Below the pieces are notes generated by a model. It did no database searches. It saw only the letters and a program-made list of their open reading frames with translations, and was not told the origin of the DNA. Shown piece by piece: positions 30,571-45,159 of a stretch of DNA of 64,000 bases. Location: NCBI GenBank assembly GCA_964016885.1, contig OZ024740.1:152210001-152274000 (forward strand). Reading direction: 5' to 3'. The stretch's first letter is position 1. Each line of letters starts with the position of its first letter. This DNA is from Eledone cirrhosa. Its lineage: Eukaryota. The position numbers and the translations under genes are program-made.

Positions 30571-30694
30571 GTAAGTATTCTTACTCTCCATCTGATTAGC
30601 TAATGTAATCGAATGAAACTGTCAACTGTTTACATGATTAAATCTTTCACTAATTTTGATGTTTTTAAATTCATATCTTACGTCCATATTAAAT

Positions 30695-30767
30695 TTTCAT
30701 TCTGATGAGTGATTTCAGACGTCTGTGGTGAGCTCGTCTTTCTTCGTGAAACCCTTGGTAAATGGAA
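30695..30767 (+). ncRNA. Type I hammerhead ribozyme (sense strand, intron 3), weak stem II
   Basis: tttcatt-CTGATGA-gtga..agacg..cgtct..tcgt-GAAA-cccttgg-TA-aatggaa. Confidence 0.62.
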
Positions 30768-31378
30768 TAATTGTCTTATGTTGTTTATTACATAACTAAA
30801 TAACTCTGTAGCTTACATAGAGCACTCTCCTTTCCTTTACCCTTCCTACGGAAATAATATATATATATATATATCTAGCACGTGGCTTGAATTCTTTTCA
30901 GAATTCATTGACCTGCTCATGTATTGCTTTTTGGCGGCAATCTCCTTCCTCCTTTTTTGAGACAGTGTGAGATTTTCTTTAGAACTGCTGGGCTAACAAC
31001 CTAGCAGCTACCTCAAGCACTGATGGTGATTATCGCTAGATATTGATGTTGATTTGATTATCAATATTAATATTATTGGGCACCCACTGAAGAATTATAA
31101 GAGCCACTTGAATAAGTATCTGTTGATCTTATACAAGCTTCTACATAAATTGGTATAATTTCACCCAACTTGTAGAAATCTTATAATGAAACGAGACGTC
31201 CCTCTGGGAAGGGATATATTTGATATATCTCATATGAAATAATACAGCCAATTTTCCACACGATACAATTAGTTAGCACCCCGAACGTCTAATTAGGAAT
31301 ATACTCAGTTATTTCCTAATGTTTGTTGAGTGAGTTGGGATTTGGCCGGAGTATCGCTATTAGCTTTCTCCGATTATG

Positions 31379-31506
<128 letters not shown>

Positions 31507-31570
31507 CCTCTTCCTCTTTCGCTTATAAACTGAAAGTTATAGATCTGTACAGGGATCAAATAAATATGCC

Positions 31571-31610
<40 letters not shown>

Positions 31611-32307
31611 CATATTTATTTGAACTGAATTCTTTTTCAGTAGATAGGAATATTACGTTATTTGATCATTCAGTGGCATATTTTTTCATAATTTTAAGCT
31701 AGAATCTTTTATACATTCGAGCAGTGTCTTTCTTCTTCTTCGCCAGTTGTTTCTTTTTTTGTTGTTTCATATATATTTTGATTGGTTATTTTGTTGAGGG
31801 TGGAGTAGATTTTATTATTGTAGTATTGTCACTTTTCAATTCGTCAACTGTTTTCATCTGTTGGTCGACTTCGTTGTTATATCCTATTTCACTAAACATA
31901 TATTTCGTTGATTACTGTATTGGCTATGAGGTGGTTCTATCTGATTCGCTGTATTTTGTTAGTCTATTGCAGGGATATTTCGTGAACTTTTAGACAAAAT
32001 CTTTAGTACAACATCTGGAAGATGATAATGACTTTGATGACGATATGTAAATTTTGATCTCGAGGACTGGTTGATATTCATGCTTTTACATGAAATTCGT
32101 TCGTGTCGTCATCGTTGTCACACTCATCCTCATCATTTTCGTTGTCAACATCATCATCAGCAGCAGCATCAACAGCAGCGTATTCAATGTCGTTGCCATC
32201 AACATTGTCATGATCGTAATTAACGGTGTCATCGATGTCATTATCATCAATATAGTCATGAAAACATCAAATCTGATTTTTAGAAACATATGTCTATTTA
32301 TATTCAG

Positions 32308-32381
32308 TTTCAGAGTTGGAGATGCTGGAAGTATGAAGATCAATATGCCAGAAACACACGTTGAAATCATCATTAAAATGA
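32308..32381 (+). CDS. LBP/BPI-family protein, exon 4
   Basis: tattcag| ... A|gtatgt, phase 2 to 1. Encodes FFRVGDAGSMKINMPETHVEIIIKM. Confidence 0.82.
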
Positions 32382-32482
32382 GTATGTTATTTTTCCACTG
32401 TTCAGTCCTTTCTTTGTACCCCTTTCTTTCTCTCTTTCCCTTATTTATCTTCTTCTTCCCCCCACTCATTCACACACACACA

Positions 32483-32562
<80 letters not shown>

Positions 32563-32565
32563 GCA

Positions 32566-32600
<35 letters not shown>

Positions 32601-32649
32601 ACACATATCATTTTTGAATTTGTTTTTCAAGATTTCTTATCTGAAAACT

Positions 32650-33125
32650 TTGGGAGAGTCATGCTGCCAATAAAAACACACGCACCTGTTGGTTTTTACT
32701 TCAATTTATTATAAATTTCCGGTTGGTTGGTTGGTTGGTTGGTTGGTTGGTTGGTTGGTTGGTTGGTTGGTTGGCTGGTTCGATAACCGGATGGTTGTTT
32801 ATATGCTGTCGAAACTCTTTCGTCACACATTCTGTGACCTCCTTGGTGAATGGTTTTTTATTTTGTATCCCTCCTTTGTTCTGTCCTACACCATCTTGCT
32901 TTTGTGTGCTGCGTGTTGTGTGCTTGAAACGAAGCACATAACACACAATAAAAACCAAGTCACTGAAGAGGTCACCGAATGTGTGACGAAAGAGCGCTTT
33001 GACCATATATAAACAACCATGCGGTTATCGAACCAAGCTACCAACCAACCAACCGGAAATTTATAATAAATTGAAGGGAAAACCAACAGGTGCTTGCGTT
33101 TTTATTGGCAGTTTGAACCTTCCAA
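32650..33125. mobile_element. Foldback/MITE with long inverted arms containing (GGTT)n; a related one-arm copy lies at 34050-34560
   Basis: ctgccaataaaaacacacgcacctgttggttttt...ctgtgacctc is mirrored by gaggtcaccgaatgtgtgacgaaagag...tttttattggcag. Confidence 0.8.
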
Positions 33126-33184
33126 AATATAACAATATATGTGTGTGTGTGTATATATATATATATACATACATATATATATTT

Positions 33185-33278
<94 letters not shown>

Positions 33279-33316
33279 GTGTGCGTGTGTGTGCGTGTGT
33301 GTGTATATAAAGGACG

Positions 33317-33347
<31 letters not shown>

Positions 33348-33432
33348 GTATATATATATATGTATATGTATATATATATATGTATATATTTATATGTATA
33401 TATTTTTATATATGTATATATATATATATATG

Positions 33433-33487
<55 letters not shown>

Positions 33488-33526
33488 ATATATATTAAAA
33501 TACAAATATTAATAAAATAGATGTTC

Positions 33527-33577
33527 TTTTATTATACATATTTCGGATGTACAACAGTACGTCCTCATCAGACAAAA
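33527..33577 (-). ncRNA. Type I hammerhead, related to the 2594 copy, in a solo PLE terminal fragment (33492-33922)
   Basis: Minus strand reads ttttgt-CTGATGA-ggacgtactgttgtacatcc-GAAA-tatgta-TA-ataaaa. Flanking sequence resembles 2560-2760. Confidence 0.8.
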
Positions 33578-36129
33578 TGTAATGACACATGACATACCCT
33601 GAGATGTTAAATGGTTAAGATTTAATCAAGGTAGTGATTAACCTAAGAGAAAATTTAACATTTATACCCTAATAATGAGAAAATGCGAAGACGTAATAAA
33701 TTCAATAGAGAATGTGTGAGTAAGAAAAACGTTGCTTAATGTAACAGCTATAGAGATTTTAAAATGTATGATACTACAATTTATGTTTATCTGGGAAAAC
33801 ATCTCATGAATTATAACAGTCAATGAGAGCCACTGGAATAGGATTTACATCCGAAATATATATAATAAAATGTAATTGATCAAAAGATCATCTATTTTAT
33901 TAATATTTGTATTTTAATATTAATAACTCTGGGAAATTATTTTCCCGTAGAGTGCTTCCAATCTACTGTAAAACTCATTCTTTGATATACTCATTGAATC
34001 TTGTCTAACTCTTTAATATGTATATATATATATGTATATATTTCGTTTCTGAATTTTTTTAGCAAGATTCTTTATCTGAAAACGTGTGTTGAAACCGATA
34101 TTGTTATACTTTGGGAGGGTCATGTTGCCAATAAGAAACACACGCACCAGTTGCTTTCACTTCAATTTATTATAAATTAAATTTATAAATTTAGGAATTT
34201 ATAAATTTCCGGTTGGTTGGTTGGTTCCACAACCAGACGATTGTTCATATATTGTCAAAGTTCTTTCGTCACACATTCTGTGACCTCTTTAATGACTGGG
34301 GATTCTTTTCTTTGTTTTTGTGCCTCTCCTTTGTTCTGTCCTACGCCATCTTGTGTTTGTGTGTGTTGTGTGCTTAGTTTGCGCATGTGTTACATCCGGG
34401 TGTCTGTGTGTGTTTTTATTTGTTTATTTATTTGTTTATTTACATGTTACTGGTTGGTTGTTTGTTCTATGTGTGTGTGTGTTTTCATTTTGTCCCTAAT
34501 TGTAAGTTCTGATGTTGCTGTTCCATTCATGTTTTGTATTATATATGTATATATATATATATTATCAAAGACTCTCATAACGAACGCAGTCCTTCGCGCG
34601 TGTAAAGAAGGGACGTGATCAGGCCCTAGGTATAGGGGCCTGTTCGAAATATATATTGCAGTCTCCATCTCATGCTGCAAAAACTGGCGATTGTCCTAGA
34701 ACCTGTCCTGGAAGGCATGTGATGGACGTACAAAGATTGCGTATCCCGAGACCCCAAAGAGGGTTTGAGAGGGAGCAAACCGTAAAAATTGTCTTAATAT
34801 TTCGGACACTAGTCCTTCATCAAAAGATAGAATGAGAAATAAATGATGAAATGGAAAGATAGAGAGTGAAAAGAGGAGGGCTAGAACAACAATGAGAAAA
34901 AAAGCATCTATATCTATATCTACATATTTATGTCAGCCTTCTGCCTACTACTGGTACCATGTAGCTCAGTACAACCTGCTTCATGGTCGGGTGTTCGACG
35001 ACTAAACCAACTCCCCCATGAGACCCTGGTCAGGTGAGGAGTTTAAGTGGAACCCCAGCAGCACAATAAATATCAAGAGCTGTTAAAAAGGCAAATGAAT
35101 TTCTCTGAGCCAACGGTCCCAAGTATAGGTTAATTACCCCGGGATAGACCCCGAGCCAGCTGGTCGGATGACATCCATGAGTTTGGTTGGTCTCGCTTCG
35201 GGATCCAGCCGGATCAAGACTCTGGCCCCATGACTATCCCAAGAAGAAGAAGAAGAAGCCTCCTATATCTTGAATAATCACCCCCCCCCCCCCCATGCTT
35301 ATTAATTTTTCAGATTCTTTTCGACCCCCAATCCGTTCTTATTCCAACCCACTTACTAAACTTTGCTAATCTGTCTCCGGCGAAATTCTATTTTAAGTGG
35401 TAGCATTCCTGCGACAATTAATTTTCTTTATACAATAAAATACATTATACATGACAAAACATGTACATTACTAGAAATGGGGTCTCAATATGTAAACTAA
35501 ATCCCTAATTCTATTTTTTTTTTTTTTTTTTAAATCAATGGAAACAACCTAGAAAAATAACTGATCACCCCTCACCTATTATTTGGGACTCGACATTACG
35601 TAGAGATGAATGAAAACCCAATAAGGTGTGCAAACTGTAACAGATTGGATCTCTATCGATTTCGACGACGATTATGCTAGTTGATTATTGAACAGAATAG
35701 TCAGCTCATGAAATTAAAGTTTAAGACGTTCAGCACTCTATAGATACATGAAACCTCAACGTAATTCTCAAAGAGATTTAGCAGGCTTTTAAATATTTTC
35801 CATCTAATTAATTTCCTTCGCGTGTGTTGGCTCGATCCATTTATTGTAAATGATAGGGATTGAACATGGGACCTTACAAATTCGAAGGGAAATTCTTAAC
35901 CATTCGGCTGTCATGCGTCGACATATTCTTTAAACAAAGTCCTTGAAATTTCGAACTTATCTCACGGAGCACCAATCCTACCTTTCCGGATCCCGAGAGA
36001 TCTGCGGACCTCTGACTGAGAACCATTGCTATACAGCATAAGATGTCTTCCTATACGATCAAAAACTATGCTCAGTAAAAGAAAAAAATAGCCTTACTAA
36101 GACATCCTGTAACGTAAAGTTGCGAACAT

Positions 36130-36223
<94 letters not shown>

Positions 36224-36623
36224 CACTACTGCATTAGGTTTGATCCAAGGTTAACACACAGGAACATCAACAACAACATACACATGTACTCACGTACACA
36301 ACACACACGACCACACATGTACACACGAACACACACACAATCACTGGGCTGATCTGATGTTAAATGTTAAACACGACAACAACAATAACAACACAAAATA
36401 ACACACATTATATGTTTGTATGTTTATAACAAACAACAAATTATCGTTCCTGATAATCTATCATAAGTGTTATAAATAGAATGGCGATAAGAAGTTTTAT
36501 GAACCTTATAAAAATATCTAGTAAAGGGATGGCGCCCGAAGCTGGCTATATAAACAAAGCAAAACTATTTTGAAATGTTGGGTCCCGAAATTTTGTAATC
36601 GAAAGGTCATGGAAAGACAGGTC

Positions 36624-36747
<124 letters not shown>

Positions 36748-36940
36748 CGGCGGAGGATTGGCAGTATCGGTAGAGGGTCGGACGCCATGCTTCGCAGCAA
36801 AGAATTACGACCCTTGCCATTCTGAGTTCAAATCCCGCCGCGGTTAACTTTGCCTTTCATCCTTACGGGGTCGATAAAATAAAGTACCAGTAATGTACTG
36901 GGGGAAATTGCTGGCTTTGTGCCAAAAGTAGAAACAATTA
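36748..36940 (+). mobile_element. Full-length SINE copy
   Basis: Complete head, core and tail match to the family. Confidence 0.88.
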
Positions 36941-37539
36941 TATATAAATTATATTTGGGAAACACAAAAAAGATAAGGAAATATTTATCTATTTGCTCAG
37001 AGCGTCCCTACTGCAATTTCATTGAGCAATTCCTTCATCGAGCAAAGTTGGTATCTGTTGGAGTCCCTCATATGTAAGTCTATACTTGGGTATATATGTA
37101 TATATCTTCGGTGTGTATATAGTACAACACATAATACAAGTGCATGTGTGTGTTTTAAGTGAGTTGTATTAATGTGTTGTACTGTTTTACTGTGTGTTTT
37201 ATAGCAACACTTCTTTAACTGACAAATGCCAGTCATTTCAAATTATTACTGAATGTTTCCCCAACAAACAAGAAAAGGGGCCCCCTTCAGTCATGACTGA
37301 CCGTGGATTTACTTCTCCAAAGCACTAGACTGGAACTGGGTGTTTTTTAGTTTTTTTGTTTTTTTTGGAAGACCAGTGATCGCCTATTCAAACAAGTCTC
37401 CTTGTTCAGGACACTGGTGTTGCCCGGGAGACAGGGAAAGACAAGTGTCGTAGCCACACGTTTTCTTTCCAGCTGACTAGACAAGACAGCATAAAGTAAA
37501 GTGTCTTACGTAAGCATACAACAGTCTAGTCCTTTTGCA

Positions 37540-38865
37540 GCTTCAAGAAGAACTCACTGCAAACATGCAAGATGATAATTTTGGATATAGCTACCATGAA
37601 ACATAAACGAGCCGTTGGAGTCTTGAACCGGATAATAAGGGATCTGATAGAAAATACTTGCATAATGGGAGGAATAACAATGGTTCTAGTGGGTGATTTC
37701 AGACAAACTCTATCTATATTTTCTCGGAGCGACTGAGCCTTTAAACCAATATGTGGGTGCACTTGAAAGGTCATGATGGTGTTAAATTGAGAAATGGACT
37801 TTTTGAAAAAACTCCAGCGACCATATTCAGTTGTCATTTGGTTGTATCATTGAAACGGAACATGAACTGATTTCTTGAATCTTTCTAAATATTCAGATTG
37901 GACAATGTGATCAAAAATGGCTCTGTGAACGAGCAATCGTAGCATCGAAAAATATTGAATTGAAAGAATGTTACCGGGATAGAAAAGATGCTACAAATCA
38001 GTGGACACAATCACTTTCCAGAACCAGGTTGTAAACAATCCATCTGAATTTTTAACAGCCTTGTACTGACAAGAATTCCTCCACACAGCATGATACTGAA
38101 GCTTGAAGCATCTGTTATGCTACTTCGTAATATAGATCCGCCAATGTCACAAGACACATCATCAAAAATATGATGCCCTATGTGCTATAAATCGCAATCA
38201 CGCCAGGAAAATTTGCTGCTGACAATTGTTTCATTCCCAGAATATCTCTGAAGCTAAATAATATGCTATTTGAAATCCAAAGGCTTCAATTTCCTATCAG
38301 AATCAGTTTTGCCACATCAATAAATTTCAAATGCAATTATTGAATGTCGTTGGGTTCAACTTAGTAGATCTTGTCTTTTCACATGGTCAAATTTATGTCG
38401 GTACTACAAGGGTTGGAAACCCTGATTGTCTCTTCGTTATAATACCACAGGGTAAAACCAAGAATGTTGTTTATCCAGATGCTTTGGAATGAACAAGTGT
38501 ATATGTAAGACATCGTAATTCGTACTTCAATGACAATATACATAGATCCTAATTCGTTTGTCATATAGTTTGTAAAGAATTCTGAAGTCCCAACTTTACT
38601 GCATAGGTAGAATACGTAGACATCCATGAGGACCTTAATTATACAAAGTGGTATAAGTGAGATCTTTATATGATAGCTATACCTGTTAGAAATAGCAGCC
38701 AAATTTCCTTCAAAATATTATTCGTGTTTTTTTTGTTTTGTTTTGTAATTATGAGATTGTGCAAAATAAAAAAAAAGATTTTAATTTAATTTTTGATCTT
38801 TCCCTTTTCACTAACAATATACATTGGGCGAAGCATCATATGTGCGGACTGTAAAAGGGACTAGT
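37540..38865 (+). mobile_element. Degenerate Helitron: Pif1-like helicase relic with a possible 3' CTAG end
   Basis: Broken reading frames give IIWDIATM, MGGITMVLVGDFRQTL, VMLLRNIDPP, FIPRI..QRLQFPIRISFA and FSHGQIYVGTTRV. CTAGT occurs at 38861. Confidence 0.8.
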
Positions 38866-39070
38866 ATTCAAAACAACACCAATAGACAAAAGTAATAATA
38901 TCTTTATCTAGATACTTTGCATTGAACGAGAGTCATTGGAAGTTCTGCTATAATGAAAATACAGTAATCCTATTTTATTGGTCAAATATTTTGTAACATG
39001 TGCTAAAATTTATTGTTACTTTCATAAAATACAAGGTACCTCTACTAGTTTAATATAACATGATTATTTT

Positions 39071-39146
39071 AATAGAATTATACCATAATAGAATTATACC
39101 ATAATAGAATTATACCATAATAGAATTATACCATAATAGAATTATA
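39071..39146. repeat. 16-bp minisatellite (aatagaattataccat), ~4.7 copies
   Basis: Seen directly in the sequence. Confidence 0.9.
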
Positions 39147-39429
39147 TGATGCCAAAATTGTAGGTACAAAAACATCTTAATTTTGTTAAACATGGCAATT
39201 TGACCACCCACCTTTTAATATCACAACTCCTCCATTGAGAAAAACTGTGTTATGTTATAGTGGAATGGACCTTTCTCGGTTTTGACGATGAATGTTGCAG
39301 CTGCTTGATCAAAGGAAATGTTTGTTCGTGGAGTTAACGTGTTAATTCTGTAGAGCATATTACTGTGCTGTTGTTATTTAGATCCAGGTTTGAAATACCA
39401 GACAACATAATCTAAACTATTATAATAGT

Positions 39430-40565
39430 AATAATAATTGTTTCTACTTTTAGCACGAGGCAAGCAATTATCCCAGTATATTACTGGTACTTTATGTTAT
39501 CGACCCCGCAAGGATGAAATGCAAAGTTAACCTCGGCGGGATTTGAACTCAGACCATAAAGGTCCGTAACTCTTTGCTGCAAAGCATGGCGTCCGACCCT
39601 CTACTGATACTGCCAAATAATAATTGTTTCTACTTTTGGCACAAGGCCATCAATTATCCAGTACATTACTGGTACTTTATTTTATCGACCCCGTAAGGAT
39701 GAAAGGCAAAGTTAACCTTGGCGCGATTTGAACTCAGAATGGCAAGGGGCGTAACTCTATGCTTCAAAGTATAGTGTCCAACCCTCTACCTATACTACCA
39801 TTCTTTACGCCAAATAATAATTGTTTCTACTTTTGGCACAAGGCCAGCAATTACCCAGTGTATTACTGGTACTTTATTTTATCGACCCCATAAGGATGAA
39901 AGGCAAAGTTAACCTCGGCGGGATTTGAACTCAGAATGGCAAGGGCCGTAACTCTATGTGTCAAAGCATGGCGTCCGACCCTCTACCGATACTGCCAATA
40001 CACCAAATAATGATTTCTAATTTAGGCACAAGGCCAATAATTTGTGGGGAGGGGAAAGTTGACTGGATCACTCACAGTACTTGACTGGTGTTTTATTTTA
40101 TCGACCTTGGAAGGGTGACAGACCACGTTGGCCTCGGCAGGATTCAAACTCAGAACGTAAAGAGCGGAACAATGATTTCTGATTTAGGCAGAAGGCCAAC
40201 AATTTGGGGGTGGGTAAGTCGATTAAATTATTTTATTAAATCCCGTAAGGATGAAAGGTAAAGCTAACCACTGCGGAACTTGAACTCAAAGCGTAAAGTG
40301 CCGTAACTCTAAGCTTCAAAGCATGTTGTCCAACGCTCTAACGATACTCCTAATCCATCGCCCAAGGAGCCGAACAAATAACGCTAAGCATTCTCTGTCA
40401 TGCTTGAGAACCCAATAAATAATAATTGTTTCTACATTTACCACTAGGCCAGTAAATTAAAGTGCAGGGGAAGTCAATCAAATCAAACCATGTGCATTAT
40501 TGGTGCTTTATTTTGTCGACTACGTAAGGATGAAAGCAAATTTGACCCCGGAAGGATTTTAATTC
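39430..40565 (-). mobile_element. Head-to-tail array of ~6 SINE copies
   Basis: aataattgtttctacttttggcacaaggcc...gatttgaactcaga...gatactgcca recurs about every 180-200 bp. Confidence 0.85.
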
Positions 40566-41322
40566 AAAAAAGGTCTTACTGCGACTCGAAGATGTGGATT
40601 TCACAGAGAGCTATTATAAAGAGATCATTTTTCATAAACTGCTAATCATAGAGTCAATGATTTATTTAGTTTTACGAATTTGTCGGTAATTACCCTCATA
40701 GGTTTCATCATATTCAATGTTTTTTAATTTTTATTTGTAATTCTTCGCCTATAAAGAAGGCCTAGTACGGTGGAATACATCCCAATGAGCTTACTTTCAG
40801 CTTTCAGGCGGGAGATTTAGCTAAATGAGTTATGGAAGTCAATATAAAATTGCATAGTTTACACACACACACATACACACCACCCACACACACCACACAC
40901 AAACACACACACCACACACACACACCACACACAAACACACACACCACACACAAACACACACACCACACACAAACACACACACACCACCCACACACACCAC
41001 ACACAAACACACACACACACACACCACACACACACACACACACCACACACACACACAGACACACATATATTATATATTTGTGAACACATGTACAGACTGT
41101 ACGGCGCTAGAACACTCACTGTTAAACACATTTGTCTGTCATTCTCTCTCAGCCTTTCTTTTACACACATACGTACACCTTCTGATATACTCAAACACAC
41201 ATATACGTTATATACGTATAGTTTATATTGAAGCTTATACACTTAACATGTATGTGCGACCCTAGGTTTCGGGTCCCAGTGATGGCTAGCACAGTATTGT
41301 GGAGTAGCGGTTCTAAACTGGC

Positions 41323-41396
<74 letters not shown>

Positions 41397-41650
41397 GTAT
41401 GTATGTATGTATGTATGTATGTATGTATATATATATATACATGTATGTATGTATATATATATATATATATATAATCATATGTATATATATGTATATATAT
41501 ATATATATGTATGTATATATAAATATATATATACATATATATATATATACATATGTATATATAAACATATGTATATATATGTATATACATATGTATATAT
41601 AAACATATGTATATATATGTATGTATATATAAATATATATGTATATATAA

Positions 41651-41699
<49 letters not shown>

Positions 41700-42180
41700 G
41701 AGAGAGAGAGACTGGCCTTTCTCTCTCTCTCTCTCTATATATATATATACATATATATATATAAACATATGTATATATATATATATATATGTATATATAT
41801 AAATATATATGTATATATAAATGAATATATATATATATATATACAGAGAGAGAGATGAGAGAGAGGTAATAGATAGATGTGTGTGTGTGTTTGCATGCAA
41901 ACATGCCTATGAAAATTTTTGCCACGAAACGGAAGTGAACCTACACCATGTAAGAAGGATCACACAGTGCGTGTCAAAGGTCAGACACCTTGATTTGCTT
42001 GTCCCTCGTTCTATAAACCCAGTGGAAATAAATAACGAAAACGAATGCAAAAACAACAAAAACACACTCGTTGATGTTTTTGTCTTTTTCTTGTGTGTGT
42101 GTTTTCTATTTTAATTTCGTTTGTTCCAAACGTTCTGAGCTTTGTTTCTGAAGTTGATAGGTTTTGTTTATATGATATAA

Positions 42181-42279
<99 letters not shown>

Positions 42280-42673
42280 ATGTGCGTGTGTGCATTCCCG
42301 TCTGCGCACACACACACACACACACACATATGCATGCGTGCATGTATGTACGTATTTGTGCTTGTGCGAGCGTGTTTATTTGGCTATGAAAAAATTGCTT
42401 TCATCCACTCAACAACGAATTTTGCTTGCTGTTCTCTCAGCGATAAATTACAAAAGTAGATATTACGTAAGTAGATTGTTTAGTCTGTAGCGTTAACTTT
42501 TGACACCGTTCCTGATTACTAAATGTTGTAATTGTGACGATGATGATGATGATGATGATGAGGATGATGGAGTTGCGATGATGATGATGATGAGGGGGAG
42601 GGGGTGTATTGGTGGTGGGGATGATGAGGAGAAGCATGGTGAAAATTATGATGAGGATGTTGAATTTGAGCTT

Positions 42674-42739
<66 letters not shown>

Positions 42740-43216
42740 AGAGAATGAAGAAGGAGGAGGTGGAGGAAGGAGAAAAAGAAGAAGAAGAAGAAGAAGAAGA
42801 AGAAGAAAAGGTTAAGGACGAGAGTTAATAGGAGTTAATAGGGTTATTAATGTTTTGCCGCGTCTGGCTCTACATCATGGAGCAGTAACTTTTGCTAATG
42901 ACTCATTTTTAGTTATATTATGACAGACATTTTTATAAATCGAAGGTGCTATCCTATTTGTATATATTGTTAATTTGGACATAATTTACATGAAATTAAG
43001 ATTGATCAAAGAGAACTTGCTCTTAAGCAACTACAACTATGAACATTTATCATGTATTTTTCCATTGATATGGTCACAAATACAGTAGCAGGGGAGAATG
43101 AATGGTTCACTCAAAGCAGGGTTTTTTTCTTTAAAATATAGTTTTGATTTTATTTTGTACGCAGAGTTCCTATGAAATATCAAAAGGCTGAGCACTATCA
43201 TATGTAGGGGATATCA

Positions 43217-43900
43217 TTTTTTTTTTTTTTAAACACTTTAGTCTTTATTGTGTTGTATCAGATGAAAGAATGGTATTTAACTAATGTATTGGTACGCGAT
43301 GGGGCCCACCCACAGCCCCGGCGGACAGAATGGAGAAGGCGTTTCCCCGGAGGACGGCAAGGGAGACGCGCTGGAAAAGCCACTCCAACTTGCGGGGCTC
43401 ACACCTACGGCTGGCCAGCTCAGCGCCTATGGTGGTGAGTAAGGAGGTAACCCTGGGGCCGAGGACACCAGAAGTCTCCACTACCAGGGGAACGACCGCA
43501 AACCTGTCGGAGAGCGACCGGTATTTGAGGAGTTTGGCCCCCTCAGCCCGACGTGCAGCAGAACCTGGGTCAGTCGCAGACTGCACCAGGTTGCGGCTGC
43601 AGAAAGTGTCGGTGCTAGTGGCATCCCAGACGAGGGGTTTGCCACCACGGAACGGGAAGATGGTCATGCCATCTGGCCTTTTGCCGTCCCCTCGATTCAG
43701 CCCCACCGGCTCGAGCTGCGAAGGGAAGCAGCAGCGTCCAAACCATGCTTAATGACCTCGTTGAGGGCAGCATGGCGTGGAATGCGGCCGGCACTGTGGT
43801 GACAGGAGAGCGGGTGGAGGCCGAAAGAGTCAACAGTGGAACCGCAGCGACATTGGTGTGGCTGGCAGATCCGGAGACCGAGCCTCAGGGAAACGCCGAT
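43217..43900 (-). mobile_element. 5'-truncated CRE-like non-LTR retrotransposon with a restriction-like endonuclease and poly(A) tail
   Basis: Minus strand gives [31 protein letters not shown], then KRPDG..LVWDAT..AEGAKLLKY..VETSGVLG. AATAAA followed by A14 lies at 43217-43249. Confidence 0.85.
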
Positions 43901-44019
43901 TCGCTTGTGAATGCCCTACGTCTACTTTATATCATATCGTATATATAAAAGTTTTTTAAAAGCCTGAGAATCACGGAAAACCAAAATACTCCACCTGTAG
44001 ATCACAACACACCTGCAGC

Positions 44020-44186
44020 GGCAGCAGCGGTAGTAGTAGTAGCAGTTGTAGTAGTAGTAGTTGTAGTAGCAGTAGTAGCAGTTGTTGTTGTTGTTGTTGT
44101 TGTTCTTCTTCTTCTTCTTCTTCTTCTTCTTCTTCTTCTTCTTCTTCTTCTTCTTCTTCTTCTTCTTCTTCTTCTTCTTCTTCTTC
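44020..44186. repeat. (AGT/GTT)n and (CTT)n microsatellite
   Basis: Seen directly in the sequence. Confidence 0.95.
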
Positions 44187-44205
44187 ACCACACAATCGCT
44201 CCCTG

Positions 44206-44252
44206 TATATATATATATATATATATATATATGGAAATGCTTAAAATATAAA

Positions 44253-44336
<84 letters not shown>

Positions 44337-44765
44337 GAGGTGTGACACACGAGTTGTGATATATTAGTAAAAAGGAAAAGAAAATGCTGACAAATTTTTC
44401 CCAGTGAAAAATAGTTTAATTAGGAATAAGTATAAATTAGTAATAAGTATTGGTTAGTATATATATATATATATAATTTTGTCCAGAATTAGCCGTCGAA
44501 ACGGCTTGAGCTCAGCCGTCGGGGTCCTACTCGTTCCTATTTCCCACTCTACTACCCTAAGTATTGAGTACTTTGGTGCGTTATGGTCCACCTGGTTCCT
44601 TACCACATTTCCTTCGTTATATATATATATATATATATACTAACCAATACTTATTACTAATTTATACTTATTCCTAATTAAACTATTTTTCACTGGGAAA
44701 AATTTGTCAGCATTTTCTTTTCCTTTTTACTAATATATCACAACTCGTGTGTCACACCTCTATTT

Positions 44766-44831
<66 letters not shown>

Positions 44832-44846
44832 ATATTTTAAGTATTT

Positions 44847-44888
<42 letters not shown>
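44206..44888. repeat. Large palindrome: ~265-bp inverted arms around a central small element
   Basis: 44231-44460 is the reverse complement of 44637-44850, including the microsatellites. Confidence 0.9.
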
Positions 44889-44891
<3 letters not shown>

Positions 44892-45099
44892 AAAAGTAAA
44901 CTAAAACAACAAACCAAATGACACAGCACTACAAAGAAATATATTAGTTTAACACTTGATATAGTAGGAAAAGCGTCCTTACGCTTCGGATACTAGTCCT
45001 TCATCAGAAGATATAATGAGAAATTTAAAAGGAAATAGAGAGTCAGAAGAGGAAGGACTAGAAAAAATGTTGAGAAAAAGTACATGTATATTCAGTAAA

Positions 45100-45159
<60 letters not shown>

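Noticed and set aside
31620-32085. Possible very old Penelope RT remnant on the minus strand
   Set aside because: Similarity is too weak to support by eye; it needs a tblastn or HMM search.
34610-34665. Hairpin followed by GAAA-tatata-TT resembling a hammerhead
   Set aside because: No CUGANGA and no stem I partner was found.
36748-36845. tRNA gene at SINE heads
   Set aside because: Only A/B-box-like motifs joined to the SINE core; no full cloverleaf.
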